From Phoronis australis (taxonomy: Eukaryota > Animalia > Phoronida): 64,000 nt of DNA. Shown here one piece after another: positions 36,391-50,941 of the stretch. The position numbers and the translations under genes were made by a program. Position 1 is the stretch's first letter. Each line of letters begins with the position of its first letter. The stretch is taken from the NCBI GenBank assembly GCA_002633005.1, contig NMRA01000463.1, positions 62,001 to 126,000 of the forward strand. The letters run 5' to 3'. Below the pieces are notes generated by a model. That model was not told the origin of the DNA and did not search any database. It saw only the letters and a program-made list of their open reading frames with translations.

Positions 36391-38615
36391 GTGAGTGTTG
36401 TTATTTCCTTAGTCATTGTTTTTATCAAATTAGAATATAGGACTGTTAAGGGGACCCTTCATTTAAACTGTATACGTTATCCAAGCTTCATCCCCTCGCC
36501 TACATTGTCTTTAAAATCAGCATTGGCTCTCTTACTATTCAAAACAACTCAAAAGTACTTATGAAATTTAATTACCGATGTAAAAATTTTCACAACCACT
36601 TCAAATTGCTCTTACTTACCTTTGTTCTTGATTGGAAGATCTTAGCTAAAGTCGGGATCTTGAACGCAAATTCTTAACAAAACGCTACTCTTCAACTAAT
36701 CTTCGTCATAACCCAATTGAGGGAGATTGACATACTATATTGAGCCTTCGAAGCAGCTAGAAGGTTCCAAAATCGTTTACAAAATTTAGACGTCAAAGTG
36801 CACTAGGTCTGATTTCCGGGTAATTTAAATCATTAAAATGCTGAATTACGGCTACCTTTCGTTCATATCTTTCAAAATTTGTTCCTGATGTCGCAGTTGC
36901 GTTGTATTGGGACATTTTTGATTGCGCAAAACGACGTGATTCACCAACCGATTCCGTATATGGGCAAGGTTTGTTGCAAAGTGCTTGATATTGAATACTT
37001 CGAAGTCAAACCGATTTAGAAATTTCCGTCCGTTCGTCTGTCAATTTTTTCGTGAATAGCTACTTTGATAAACTTCCCTTCATGACAAAATGTATATACT
37101 CAACTACGCATGCGTAGGCATCTAAGCAGTGTATTTGTTGGTTATTAATACCACTAATTGTATTATACTTGGTGTTTTGTTGCGCTAGAATGTAAAGGAA
37201 TTATGCGCATAGGTAGCCGATTCATACTGAACATGTGCAACCGTGACAACTAACACAAATTATTGTGACATGGTCGCTAAATCATTATTTTTGAGATGTA
37301 ACCAACGGCGTAATTTGATATATTGTTGGAGATTCCTTAAAGAAACTCTTGCCGGTTGAGAGAACGGAACGAGTTGCACCAATTAAAAGTCATCGCTGAA
37401 ATAGGAACTGTTCGTAAATTAGAGCCTTGAGTGTATTTAAGTATTCATTACGAACCCAGAAAATTTGACAGTTCATAAAATATCAAGTTCAACGCAATCC
37501 AACCGTGGCGGCCATTTTGTTGGTGCACCACCATGAATAAAACATTGATGTCAATATTAAGTTCTCATTGAGTCGGACAGAAACGACGTCATGTTGAGAG
37601 TGTATTATTTAGGAATACATTTTGACTTCATTGCGTTGGAAAGATTGGGTGGAAAGAGCTAATATAAGGCGATGTACATGTATTCTGTGTACATCCCAAT
37701 CTGTGTGTTGAATACATGTACATGCTGCTTGCTGCGTCGATGCGTAACACACACACTCATCGCAAATTTGACTCTCTCTTGTGAAAATTTACATTTTAAA
37801 TTTCCTTTCTTTGCATCAGGAATGTCTTATCCGAGTATTAATCACAAAGTTTATGCTCGTGAACCTTCCACGGACGCATAATATTCCAGATCTGATCATT
37901 TGAATGCAACTTTGACATTAATAGATTAGGTGAAATGGTCATCGCGTTGTAATCACTCACGTTGATTATGTCAATATGAAAGAGTACCTGACTTCCAATG
38001 TTTAAACAGTTTTTGATCTTGGACACGGATAAAGTGCGGGTGGGTGAAAAATTCAAATAAACAAGCTTAATAGATTTACAACTTAATACGTTTAAAAGTA
38101 ATAAAAATAACCTGTTTTCCAGAACAGAAATTCGCTTAAAGCAAACGTGGAGGTGATCTCAAGTTCAAGGGCTTATTTACTCGGTTTCACTAGTTAACAC
38201 GTAGTATAAGAAGACGAGAGTGACATTGCGCTATATTTATTAATTGGGACTTATTTAGAAACGGTTCAATGATTTATACTTTTTTTCTGAGAATAGTCGA
38301 ATGATTGTTTCTGCTTGAGACATGTCTCGGTATCGATGATCCCGTGAATTCTCAAAGTATGCTCGAAAGTTAACATGGGTGCGACGTAAACGTAAATCTT
38401 TGGGGAGCCATAATTAAACTAAACGCACCCACTGTAATTCAGTGTGGGAAAACGAGAACTGGTCTATCTATAGAAACCGTGACGGTATTAGAAAATAAAA
38501 AATGAACGAATTTTTATGACTTTGAAGTCGATAAAACAATGGATAAGCAACGAATTTTTTAGCTGTTTGTATTCAGAAGAACTGGAAGGTTACGGCTTAT
38601 TACGACACAGATATG

Positions 38616-38850
38616 TATGCGCGCACCCAGCCTAAAATGGGGGGCTCGAATTTTTGAGAATGTGGACCCTTAACTAAGATTTACGGGAAGGTTCAGAGTT
38701 ATGAATTGTGCATTCGCCGAGTTTTGATAGTTCTTTCCTTTTTAGTGGACTTTGTCTCGTTTTCTACGGAGTTTTTGTTTGTTTGAGGCGGACCTTTTTG
38801 CCCATTTCGCCAAATTGAGGGTCCCCCGAGCCCCCTTGGGTGCGCGCATG
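38616..38850. mobile_element. MITE with ATGCGCGCACCCA TIRs and a 5-bp TSD, in Prrx intron 1
   Basis: tatgcgcgcaccca ... tgggtgcgcgcatg; flanks ATATG/ACATG (4 of 5). Confidence 0.7.
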
Positions 38851-41494
38851 ACATGCTTCAAGTGTTAGTATGATTGATTAGGTATTACTGCATGTTGCAC
38901 GTATTCTGATTATTCTACAAAACTTTACGGACACTGCTGGCGCAAGCTAATACCTTCTAATTACATGTACATACATGCTATGGTCGGAATGGTAATGGTC
39001 GTCGCCAGAATACGAAATAACACTGTTTTGGCGGTTGAAATTCGATAATAAGAATTATTATTTGCAGACCACTATTTCGTGACTGTAACTCGTTTTGATC
39101 AAGGCTGTGCTTAGACTAAAGTTAATGGGTGCTGTTGACGATTGAACCATAACTGCCGGTGCAAACGACACAGCGATAAGCGACACAGTATAGATATTGA
39201 CAGTTTGGCAATTGCGTCATAGCTATAGGCAAATCATCAAGGCACGCTACGTATAGGTTTTCAAGCAGTACACTTATAAACCACGCAATGACTTCCGTAT
39301 CGTTGTTGCAACCATAACGACTAACTCACGACAATTAAACGGGCATTCCTGATGATGGCGTTAGACCGAAACGATAACGTAACACTATTACTTGGAAGTA
39401 AACAACGGGAGTGGTAATATGTTCAAGGGACTCAAACACAGATATCCTCGTCAAACTTTACAGCAAAGGATTGCCGTCTTGAAGGCGTTTTTCGTAAATT
39501 TAGCGTTGAGCTTTTGCTTAGTTGAGTTCTGTAAACATGTAATTAGTGAAAACAATTATTCCGGAAGCGTGACGTAGTAAGCAAATACTGACAATGTCAC
39601 CCGGTCCAAATAATGTGTCTCTTTTTCATTCTGGTACCTGTGCATAATAAACGAGACGCTTGCTCTTTTTATGTTCCACTCCTGGGGCATCAAACTTTGA
39701 TATAGACTATGACGCCAATCTATGCAGTAAACCAGTGCAACAGCAATTATAAAACAGTGTCCGCATTGTGCGACTAACGATAACAGCGACACACTTCCGG
39801 TCTCGATATTTGTTTTCTATTAATTTCGTCTTTATAGAAAAAAAAGGATTTAGTGTTCAGTAAAAATGCCGTTTTGACAATTCTTAAGAACAGTAACGTC
39901 TTCCTTTCATAAAACCTCATCAATTAGAAAAACAACGTTTGGGCGTGGTTTCACTTTTAAATACATTTCTTTATTCACATGTTGAATTTGTGAAACCGAC
40001 AAATGTTCAGTTACAGTTTCCAAATGCTTTTGTCATTATGAGATATCGGTACAACAGGCGATTGATTTCTGTTTCGAATTGTTTGCGAACTTTTCGAAAG
40101 GATGCTTAGCTAAATACTTTACAGTAGCTGTCGGGAGGCCAATGACATTTTTTTGCAGTTTGTAGGCTCACGTTTGTCTAGAGTTATCAAGATTCTGCGA
40201 CTACCATAGGTTGTCGCTTCTCGCTACTTCCTTGCATTCTCCTTCCGCCGAAGGCACTGGACTATTTTATCAGGGGAGAAGGCGCGCTGCGATTAAATTA
40301 TCATACCCGCGTTTTTAGAGAGTTTACGTAATAAATACATATCCTTTCAGACAGCGAGCCGAAGCAAGTTCATTGTAATCGGCTGCTGATTGGTGAAGCT
40401 AAAATTAACCTTTCGCGATCACTTATGTTCCCAATCTTCACAAAAAGGCTGATAAAAACATTGTTTAACGAGTTAAAATCAATGATCGGCATGTTTTATG
40501 GTGTAACTTTGTTGGAAAGGGTTTCTTTTCGTAGACAAAGTACGTCGCAAAATCACCTGTTCGATAGAGGAACATTCCCGTATTCATGTACGTCGCCTAC
40601 ATTTACGTGCACGTAAGTACGCCCAGCATCCTAGTATACGAAGACAAAATAACGAAAGAATGAATGTATCAAGGAAGCTTCCCCCATAAACTATTCCCTA
40701 TTTGTTTTCAATTAAGTCGGTGGGTAACCCCGTTTCCGATATGCACACCCCATGGACACTGAAGGCACGATATCTCAAAAGCAGCATCAACCAAGGCTTT
40801 TGGGTCTCTTGCTATACATGTATATGGGTGGCTGATGGGTCAATACGATAAGACTATTACATCAACAAAGATTCTGTTTGTGACGAAAAATTCAGGTAAT
40901 TTCAAAAGATGCTCTCTACTACTCTACGGACGGGCTCTGCACAAATACTTGTACCACAATTTTAAGCACCGCTCATGGTTTCTGACGGTCTGTTTTCGCA
41001 GAACCGGTGTTGCCGGAACGTTCGATTTTCAAACGAACTACGCACTCGATTAGATATATCTGTTGCCGGTGTTTTGACAGCCATGGGAATTCCGCTCACA
41101 ACGGTCGAGTTTCTTCTATCGTTAAATTTAATCGGGAAACAACAGCGATAAAATCTAAACTGCGTTCAGTATTCTTGATTGTTTCGACACGACTTTTGAG
41201 ACGATTTCCGTTCAAGTGACTCACTAGTCTATCTACAAAGACGATGCAAAGGATGTGTTAGATCGTATTAACGTAGTAATTCATATTTCAGGACTTCCTT
41301 TAACTAACTGTACGTGGAGGTACATGTATAACTCGTCTCATCGTATAGCACCGTGACGGTGATAAAACTTTCGCGATTGAACGGATAAAAATAATGTCAC
41401 AATTTTAATGCCGGAACAACACTCGCACTCTTGTTAAGTACTAAACAAGGAAGGAAAACTCCATAATTATGAATGCTGAAAGGAACATTAAGGG

Positions 41495-41620
41495 AGAGAC
41501 ACGTGACTTTCTTAAACCAACCTCAGCAAGGAATCGAACCTGAAATCCTCACCGTAACAATCTAACCTCTGTAAGCGGGGCTGGACCCTAATCGATAAAA
41601 GGCAGAGTATTTCAACACAA
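41495..41620 (-). repeat. Dispersed repeat (copy D), tRNA-like part
   Basis: Minus strand: aaatactctgccttttatcgattagggtccagccc...caggttcgattcc (B-box 41530-41540)...aagaaagtcacgtgtctc; aligns to copies A, B and C. Confidence 0.55.
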
Positions 41621-44600
41621 AACAGAGAAATCGAATGAGATTCATCGTTATTACGTGGTTCGTGAATGCTTACGTTTAGAGACAATATGAACATTAAAGA
41701 TTTACTCGGTAAGAGTTCGTATAATGCGCTAATCTCACTTTAGGACGATCTCGCACGGACCTGACTGTAGTAACTGGGCGCCTTCTTGTAAAATTGGGGT
41801 GGGGGGAGGGGGGAACAACGACGATTTAATATCAAAATCCGTCTTCCGACTATAAAAAGGTCACGGAGGTCATGGTAACGTGGAGATAGATACAAAACTT
41901 GTAAAAATGTAGGTCTCATGCTATTTAGGGATACTGGTGATTTTACAACTATGCAGTGCTAAATAATTACCTTGAGCGATTTGATTATTCGATCTCGGTC
42001 ACTACTGAATAAAGTAAGTTAAATAAAAACATGAAAGTAACAAAATCATTGGTTTCAACACTAATGTAAAAGTGCTGGGGGAGATTAAAGCTGTTTAGTC
42101 AGTAACCACAGGATAGTTGACGGACAGCTCTATACGCACCCCCTGTTGGTAACTGTTTTCGAACATTAATTAGTACTGTCACGAGTGTTCTTTCCAGTTC
42201 AGACATCTGTCCACTCGCGTGTGTGTGTGTGGATCAGGATCACAAAATGGAAAATTAATTGATCGAGATCTAAATAAAACACGGCCAACACAACCGGGGC
42301 AAGTTCTATCTCAGATGGTCTTAGCATAGCCCGCCAATTACGCTGCCGACGAAATTGTACGTGTTCCGTTAAATGGATCTATTAATAATCGCAGGTAGGG
42401 AGGACACACTAAAGACAGTCTATTCCATACCCCCTCCTCGTCGTTTGTGTCTGCCTTCCCGCGCTCATAATCCGCCCTTTCTCCCAGGTGAGCCAGAACG
42501 TAACACTAATCGGACACCTATACATCCTTATAAAATGTACATAGAGGAGAACACGAAATACCTTTTGAGACAACCGGAATAGCTCGGTTACTTTCGTAAC
42601 CCTAATTTCTTCTCAGAGTTGGACGTTATCTGCGCATGTACGGATTTCAGTCATCAAACAAGCCACAACCAGGAGACTGACTGGCCCTGTGACTGAAGTT
42701 CGCACCGCCAAGGGAAAAATTGAGCCTGCGAAAATACCCGAGATTCTGAATTACCTGGTCCTGTTTTCCGACCTACCTCTACGTGATTCTGGATAAACGT
42801 ACAGTGCACATCTCTCTTCACCCTCACGCAGTTATCTCAAATTCTTGTTCTTGCTACAATGTATATCCTCTCTGTTTAAATATAATTCCACGAGGGTTGT
42901 ATTTATGATTTCAACGTGTTTTTTACTCGAATCAAAATTTTCAACGCATAACAATTGATTGTCAGGCTGGCGCAAACTTGACCTGAATTATTTTTAGATT
43001 CTATATTTTGCGGGTCTGTTCACTGTTCAAATTAAAAGAGCTACACGAAGCAAGGCTCTATTTTAAGATCTGCAACACAGGATCGGTATTGAGTCAGGGC
43101 AGATTCGGTGGCTATTTAATGAAGTTCTGTACCCTACAAACGCAGTTAACCGAGTCGGATCACCACCGTTTAGCTAATGAGAGATTTCCTCTTGAAGAAT
43201 GATACATCATTATTCTCAGCTTGAAATCTCTGGCGTTGAACTTAGAGATGCAATTCAGAGCATATAACCGAGCATATCAGCACCTTTGGCCGCGGACCAA
43301 GTCGGCACATGTTCTTGGAATCATTGAAGTAACGCCTATTACACGTACCTTTTCATTTCAATGAAGATAAGACACGTTTGAATGTTTTTCAAATTGTTTT
43401 GTAGAATCTATTGTAAAGTTTGAAACATGCAAATTTAAGAATTCCACACAAGTACTGCATCCTAACAATCGTCGCTGACCTCATCATTTTTGTTATTGGC
43501 GTCACTCACAGGTAGCGTTATTGTTGGTATTTGTTCCAATGTTCCTTTTATTTTTATAATACCATTTGGGCATTTCGAATAAAAACACGTTTCAAAATAG
43601 TGCAATCGGGATAAAATAAAAGTGACAAAATCGTCATTCCGAAATAAAGGAATCTTAGGCTATAAATTGACTTTAAACTCACATAAAGACGTTAAAGAAT
43701 AACATTACGAAGATCAGAGACAGTTGAAACATTTGGTTAGATAAATAAACTCTAGGTAAATATTAATTGGGTTTAATTATCCGTGCAGCTCTTGAGCATT
43801 TCTCGTTTGACGTGGAATTTCGAGACAGCGAGTCGCCGGCGCGTGCTCATTAGCGCGCTTTATGCTCTGAGCACGTGTTAAACGCCATCATGGTCGACTA
43901 ATTAAAGACAAGATTGTTGGGTGATTGACAACTTATCAGGAAGATGGTGAACCTCGGTTCGCATCACCGCTGTAGGATGGTCACCTCGGGTTGATGGGTA
44001 AACTGCGTAGGAAAAAAGGCGTTGGTGAAATGAATAAATTAAAAACGAAATATTTTCCGCGGTTGAGGTGCGAGATACCGTGAACATCCAACCCTTGAGA
44101 CGACGTCAATGTATTTTGGCAAAGCTAGTTAACTTGCAGATTAAAAATCTCTAACACATCAAATTTTAATACGTGGAAATTTCTCTCTTTGAAAATACAA
44201 ATAGGAATTTCATTGGCAGAGTTTACACAAAAATATGTTAATTGATTTATTGACGTGGAATTAACACTACACAACGCCTGAAGCCGTGCAGTATACTGAT
44301 AAAAACCGTGCTAGCCAAAATTATTCATTGAGTTATTTGAATGAAATTTGGAAAAAAGTCTAAAAGATGGCTTTTCACTGCATTTTAGAAACGGGAAATT
44401 TTGTGATCAGTTACCGTAAATGGCAAACTGTTTTGAAACAGCTTAGCAAGTTTGCTGACAATTTATAACTGTATTCTTTTGCGGAATTATTTAACAAATA
44501 CGGCATTTTGTCACGGAAGTAAACGACGATATCGGGCTATCAGCGTTCATTCTAAAATAATCATAATTTAAGCTGACAAAAATTCATTGTTCTTGCTATT

Positions 44601-45833
44601 CAAGTGAAATTTATAAAGTGTGGCATGGTATAAATTTAAATAAAATGTTATATGTGAAGTTGCACTGTCCGACTTCTCATAAAAATTGTGCACGCACTGT
44701 GTGTCGTCTTGAATTACGTTAACGACTTTTTAATGATCTCAAACGGCCGATGGTTCGACGCAAGAGGACGTCGCCACAGTCCTGCTGTGACGTTCCAGAC
44801 CGCGTGTGGATATTTTCATCACTTCGCGGTTGCCGGCCAGTACAAGGCGCGGCTTAGATTTCAATCGCAGAAGTTACAGTGTCGCCCACTGGCCTTGGGA
44901 AACTCGCAATGTGATGTAACACTAAGCATATTAATGCGCGTGGTTATTCCCGAAGTCACCAGCTGCCCAGATTTTGCGGAGCGCCGTCACGGAAACTGTC
45001 CCAGAGTGGATTAAGTTTTCGTAGTCTGGAATGCACTTTTTTGATATCACGGTTGGAGTGGGTCACTAAATACGCATATTGAACATGAAAAAGTTGAGTA
45101 ATGATTATAAGTGGTAAGGCCGAACAAGAATAGTTGATTCTACTGCGACACCTTTTGAGACCCACGCTCACCGAATGAAAACGCATCAATTTCAGCTAAG
45201 GTGTGGTTTCACCTCTTAGGAGCTGCACGAGAGCACGTAAGCAAGTGAAAACAGGGTTTGACACGTCACGATTTGCCAAGGAAAGAACAAAACAAGAAGT
45301 CTTGCGTTAGTTTTGCTCGTCTAAGGTGGATTATCTTTTCTTAAAAATGACAAACTAAAATAAGCACCGCACCACGAACTCAATTTCAAAAACAAACATA
45401 GATCAGAACCAACGCCAACTACGTTTGCTTGGCCGCTAGCATAGCCAAGAAAACGTTAAAAATGTGGAGTGAAATTTCACGTTTTGCCAAGTACGAATAC
45501 CCATTAAAATATTTAACTTCTGTGGCGGTCTTTTAATCTCTCAAAACAAAAACAATTCCCATCTACAGATATTTTATTTGCCAGTATAGCTTCTTTCTCT
45601 CGTTGTGCTTCCGTCTTTTACAACTTTTACCACTACCCGTCACCAGGTGGCGAAACTGTCTAGTCAGCAAGTTAGGCTCACCTAAAACTGCCCCAACATC
45701 GCCGTTGTAGAAATTTACGACATTTCGTGAATCCGCTCTTAAATAGTTCTACAGAGGTGCAATTCACGAGATCGAGCAACAGAAGAAATGAAGCCAGTTA
45801 TCAAATCCATAAGTGGTAGCTTGCCATTGTCTT

Positions 45834-45989
45834 CAGGGGCGGATCCAGGATTTTGAGTGGGGGGGCAGGGCAGAGTATTAGCCAGGATATTGCCCGTCAG
45901 ATATTCGCACCCCCGAGCTGCCAAATGAAATCTGGGAGACTTTTACGGGGTTCATTGGCCCCCTTGGTCCTCTTCTAAATCCGCCACTG
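45834..45989 (+). mobile_element. Intact 156-bp MITE with perfect 5-bp TSD
   Basis: TIRs CAGGGGCGGATCCAG ... CTAAATCCGCCACTG; TSD GTCTT at 45829-45833 and 45990-45994. Confidence 0.9.
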
Positions 45990-46215
45990 GTCTTTCATTC
46001 CCGATTCAACAAGATAATGCCATGATAAAATTCCTAGATATAATCAGACCACCAACACCACCAATCGGCTACTAATGGTATACGTCTTCATCTCCTTCAG
46101 ATTTCTTTCTGTTCTCTTGTTTCATAGTTCTTCTGTTTCTTGATCTTCCTTTCAAATTACACTTTCTAAAACTTGCCATGTCTCATCCATGTCATTTTCG
46201 TACGCTAGTCTTTAA

Positions 46216-46476
<261 letters not shown>

Positions 46477-48262
46477 TGAGACGTCTTCCCTACCGAGTTC
46501 TCGTGGGTCCGAGATCTAATTGCATACTCGACTGTAATAAATTTTTCTTCTCTTGTTTGTTTGAACTAACTGTGAGTGTCTTCTATTTTGTCTATGACTG
46601 AATGCATTGCAATTCACTCCGAATCCAAGTTCGCAGTCGCATTCGATCACGTAATCGTTAAAGCAAACACTTAGAATTTAAAACCTCAATCGAGTTTGAA
46701 GTTGAGTTCGGGGTTTGAATCTGGTTTTCATCAAGCGCAAATTGGATAGCTCACGCATCTAACTAAATCGTTTGTTTGCCAGCGCAAAATTAGACACTTA
46801 CTTTGAGTTCACAGTAAAGTCCCACACCAAAAAGAAATATTAAATTGAGGTTTTGGTCCATGGAATGATACACTCACATCACGTGTTTTCATCTGCAAAA
46901 TGAAAAGATGAGTCATGCAACACGAACGACATGGCTTACGATCTCATGAACGTAGGTTTCCAGTTATAAAAACTTGTCGGGGCCTGAATGCATTGAGGTC
47001 ATTGACTCACAAGCCTGCCCCGGCGGTTGAGGAACCCAAAAACATTGTTCATAGACACATTGTTAGAAACCAACGCAGTGCATGGACTCTCCAACGCTTC
47101 ATTGGATTTGAAGTCACCTTTGTCGTGTTTTATTCATAACACTTACTGTTATGATATTAGTCTCAAATTGTTTGCTAGTCAAAGTGAATGTGGTTGGTTT
47201 GTGGGATTGAAAAGAACTGAAATTCGTAATTGTTTTTACACCAGGTGGCTTAGTACGAGGTGTGATCATAGATTAATATTAAATACCATAGGTGCGTCAC
47301 GCCATGTTGAAAACCTAACCAATTCTCAGCTGAGAAAGAATTGAGAACAAATTTAAAGCGGTTAATTGGCTTAAATCAACAGTTAGTGTATTTGTCGAAC
47401 GGGGCCTACACTGTAATGTGAGTGGATGAAAAAGCATAGTCTCGCCAGTACCGAGAAATAATTACGACGACTGCAAATGAACTAGCGACATAGGAGAAAG
47501 TTTAAATTACATTTACTCTATCTTATTTCCATAGGAAAAACCCACACATGATACTAATTTAAAAATGTGATCACAAAACAATTTGCAAAGATATACTTAA
47601 TAACGTTGTTCAAAAGCTTCACAGACAATGCTCCCGGTAAACACAAACTGTTGTGTCCAACTGGTGAAGGACTCTGTAGATTACTCCGCTCTGCGCGATC
47701 ATGTTCATGGTGCCGATCATTGCCCATTGACTTCATGAAACAATCCCATATGGGGACTGAACTTAGGCCCATAGGTCTACTGCATATCATGCAACCGGGA
47801 ATACGTTGCTTAACTCGTAATATACAGTGTATTAATGAATGGATGATAGGAATAGAACTACTTGCAGTGGAATACGCTGATAGCAAGGTGTACGATGTCA
47901 TCTGTTTTGAAAATGTAGACTTCATTTGAACAAGGAACCCTGTGTTTGATCAACGCATCACAGTAAACAAACTTTGGGAATGCACTTTACTTTTCTTTGC
48001 AGACAACCTTCGACGACGACATCATGCTTTCAATTTACCCGTGTGAGATAAAAAATCTGATGTCACTTTCTTAGCATTTTAACTACATGCAACATTTTAT
48101 AAGATACATGCATTTGCTTTGAAAAACAATATAACCTAGCGACAGTACAAAACAATGCTCGATGTCTTGCTGTATTTTAGTGAAGGCATGATATACGATG
48201 TTTTGATGGGGCTTAAATTTATTGTTTGACTTGGTTTGATAATGTCATTGTATATTCCATAG

Positions 48263-48715
48263 GTGTGGTTTCAAAACAGAAGAGCCAAATTTCGCAGAAA
48301 CGAGCGGAATGTTATAGCCCAGCGCAGTACAGTTTACGGAAACAATCGAACTGTCGAACAGCCAATAATGGAGCAGCCTATTGGACAACGACCTGCGTCG
48401 ATTTCACCCGAATGCGCTCGGCCATCCCCAATCACGTCTGAGAATTACATGGCCCCATCTACCGTGTCCTCGTCGTTGTCACCTCTTGGTTCATCCATGA
48501 CGTCATCGTGGTCGTGTCCAACGACCACGTTGCCAAGTTACAGTAACGCGACTTCGGCGCAGGGATATTCTAGCTGCGCTCTTGCAAATAGTCCCAACGA
48601 CAGCAGACGATACCCTCCATCTGTAGCAGACGACGGCCTCTCGTACTTAAGACTGAAAACTCAGGCTTTCTCAACAATGCCGAATAACCGTCTACAATCA
48701 CAGTTCTCATTGTAG
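48263..48715 (+). CDS. Prrx: Prrx coding exon 3 (recognition helix, VEQPI motif, OAR-like C-terminus, stop)
   Basis: Acceptor ttccatag|GTG. VWFQNRRAKFRRNER is diagnostic of Prrx (Q50); VEQPI and DGLSYLRLKTQAFS (OAR-like) follow; TAG at 48713-48715. Joined CDS is 930 nt, 309 aa. Confidence 0.96.
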   Translation: MWFQNRRAKFRRNERNVIAQRSTVYGNNRTVEQPIMEQPIGQRPASISPECARPSPITSENYMAPSTVSSSLSPLGSSMTSSWSCPTTTLPSYSNATSAQGYSSCALANSPNDSRRYPPSVADDGLSYLRLKTQAFSTMPNNRLQSQFSL

Positions 48716-49432
48716 CTAATTAAATACTTATATTTATCGGGTGATTTCTCTTCATGACGAAAACAAGATTCGGGTCCAAACTAAGAGCGTACAAAGAAGA
48801 TCAGATTTCACGTTTATAAAAAACAACTTTATTCAACAAATGACTATTTAGGTTCCGAAATCGATTGTTTGCTTGAAGAAGGTGTATATTTTTAAATCTT
48901 GACGAATTATTAAAAATGATTCTTAAGCCGATAGACAGGTCATTACGGTATATGTTGTTTAGGAATACTAAAAACAGCCACGGCGAGATGTCTACGCCTG
49001 TACACGGGACAAACTTTGTTGGGCATACGACACTGTTTTGCCATTGAGGAACAAAAATATTGATTGAAAGTTACGCCGATAAACACTCACACTACACGTG
49101 GATGAAGTCGTTTCTCCTTGGAAATGTATATTAGTTGTTATTGGACGGCAACGGGTTTTATTTTGTTATTCCACTTGGAATTTCTTTTGTATTTTGATTA
49201 CTCTTCGGTAAGAATTTGTCAGAAAATTGATAAGTAACATAACATTTCAAATACTTATTATCACATTTGCATGGAAGAAGAGAATGATTGTAAATACTTT
49301 TTTTTAATTCTAACGGTGGCAAACAGTTTGGTGTAACTCAGAGTATTCTTGTTGACGAGTTGCAATTAGCATTGATATTACTCCGCTTTGTATACACGTA
49401 TTATATTCGAAATAATAATAATTATTATTATT

Positions 49433-49442
49433 TGTAAATAAA
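49433..49442 (+). promoter_or_regulatory. Candidate Prrx polyadenylation signal AATAAA overlapping a Pumilio element TGTAAATA
   Basis: AATAAA at 49437-49442 in an AU-rich tract ~720 nt after the stop; alternative signals exist near 49983, 50189 and 50264. Confidence 0.4.
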
Positions 49443-50941
49443 TTTACTGTATCAAAATTACCGTGTTCTCTAAAGTCTTGTACCAATAGCAGGGTAACAG
49501 AAAAACGATTCCTTGAACAGAAAACCACAACACACTCTAGTCATATTCTGCAAATCACTCGTTTTGAAATTTGTTAATTGTTGAACCTATTCATTTGGAA
49601 TCATTGTTGATACACACTAAATCGTAATCATTTAGTTGCGTGCATCTGAACATAGCGTGCTTTCCTGCTCGTTTTTCTACAAGGGGAGGGTTTCGTGGAG
49701 GAAGTTTCTCTTGAGAATAGCTAGATCCCGCAAGACGACGCAAAGTCACAAGAATGAAGTACAAATGTTTCGCAAGTAAGATTGGGATATGTCTGGCGCA
49801 GATTAGCAAGATGGACGCCACTGAAGCGGTTGGTAGGGTAGGTGGTATGGGGATTTATGGGAGAAAGTTCGCGTTTTTTGTTCCATAAACGAAGTTTTTC
49901 CACCGTGAGTGTCTTGCAACGTTATGGAAAACAATCCTGTATGCATTTAAAGGCCACTGTATGGGCATATTATTATTCACTTAATAAACGGATACTCCAT
50001 CCAAAAACATTTAGGCCAAACCGTAGTACTGACCCGTTTTTAACACTGCAACTGTAGCTGCAACTTTTTCCTCAGTACCTTAGACAGATTCGTGCGCAAA
50101 TACTCCGCTGTGTCACTGGGGGCGCTGGTGATGTCTCGAAGAAATACACCATAGAGTTGATGAATTAATTATGAGAAAAGGGTTTTCCAATAAAACTGCT
50201 ATTTGCTTTTGTTCGCTTCACTTACATTCACGGTGATTATTGTTGAGAACACAGTCGCGTACAAATAAAATATATCGATCAATCTATTTCGCTTAGTCGC
50301 TGATTATACAGCACGGTGCCATAAGTCGACTTGTATCACAGATCACCGAGCTGTCGTGTAGAGTTTGATTAAATCCATCGCAATTACGAAAGAAGGTTTT
50401 GTACAGGTAAGCTTTGTAACGGGATTCCCCGATTGTAAGAACCATGGAGCATACCCTGAGTAGGGCATAATTGTGTCTTCCTACTACCCAGGATAACAAT
50501 TTTGTAAAATTGAGGGAACGTCAATTAGAAAGAAAACGAGTCACATGAAGGGGTCCCACAACCAGTTTTCTCCAGTGAATAACGGGAACACACTAGATCT
50601 TAAATAACGGAACCCTTAAATCCTATCTTGAACGGTAAAACCTGAAAATTTGGTTCCAACAGTATGGTAAGAGAATCTCTCTGAGCCCACTCAAGTGACA
50701 CAAATTGCCAAAACGGTTTTGAGTTCTTTTGCCATGTATGTTTGCTTTTACCGCTAAATTTTGCGAAACAAACATGGTAACGCGACACAATCACGAGGGG
50801 GATTGGTATGAAGTCAAAAATCAAATTGTACGAGCTTTCTGTGAAACTGTTTTCAGAACATACATTCTATATAGCCTTTAAAATTTTATTTTGGAGATAA
50901 TCCAAACGTGGTGACCCGTATGTCTTGTTCCTCATAAAGAC

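Noticed and set aside
37185-37210. tagaatgtaaaggaattatg resembling miR-1/206
   Set aside because: Seed mismatch and no precursor hairpin seen.
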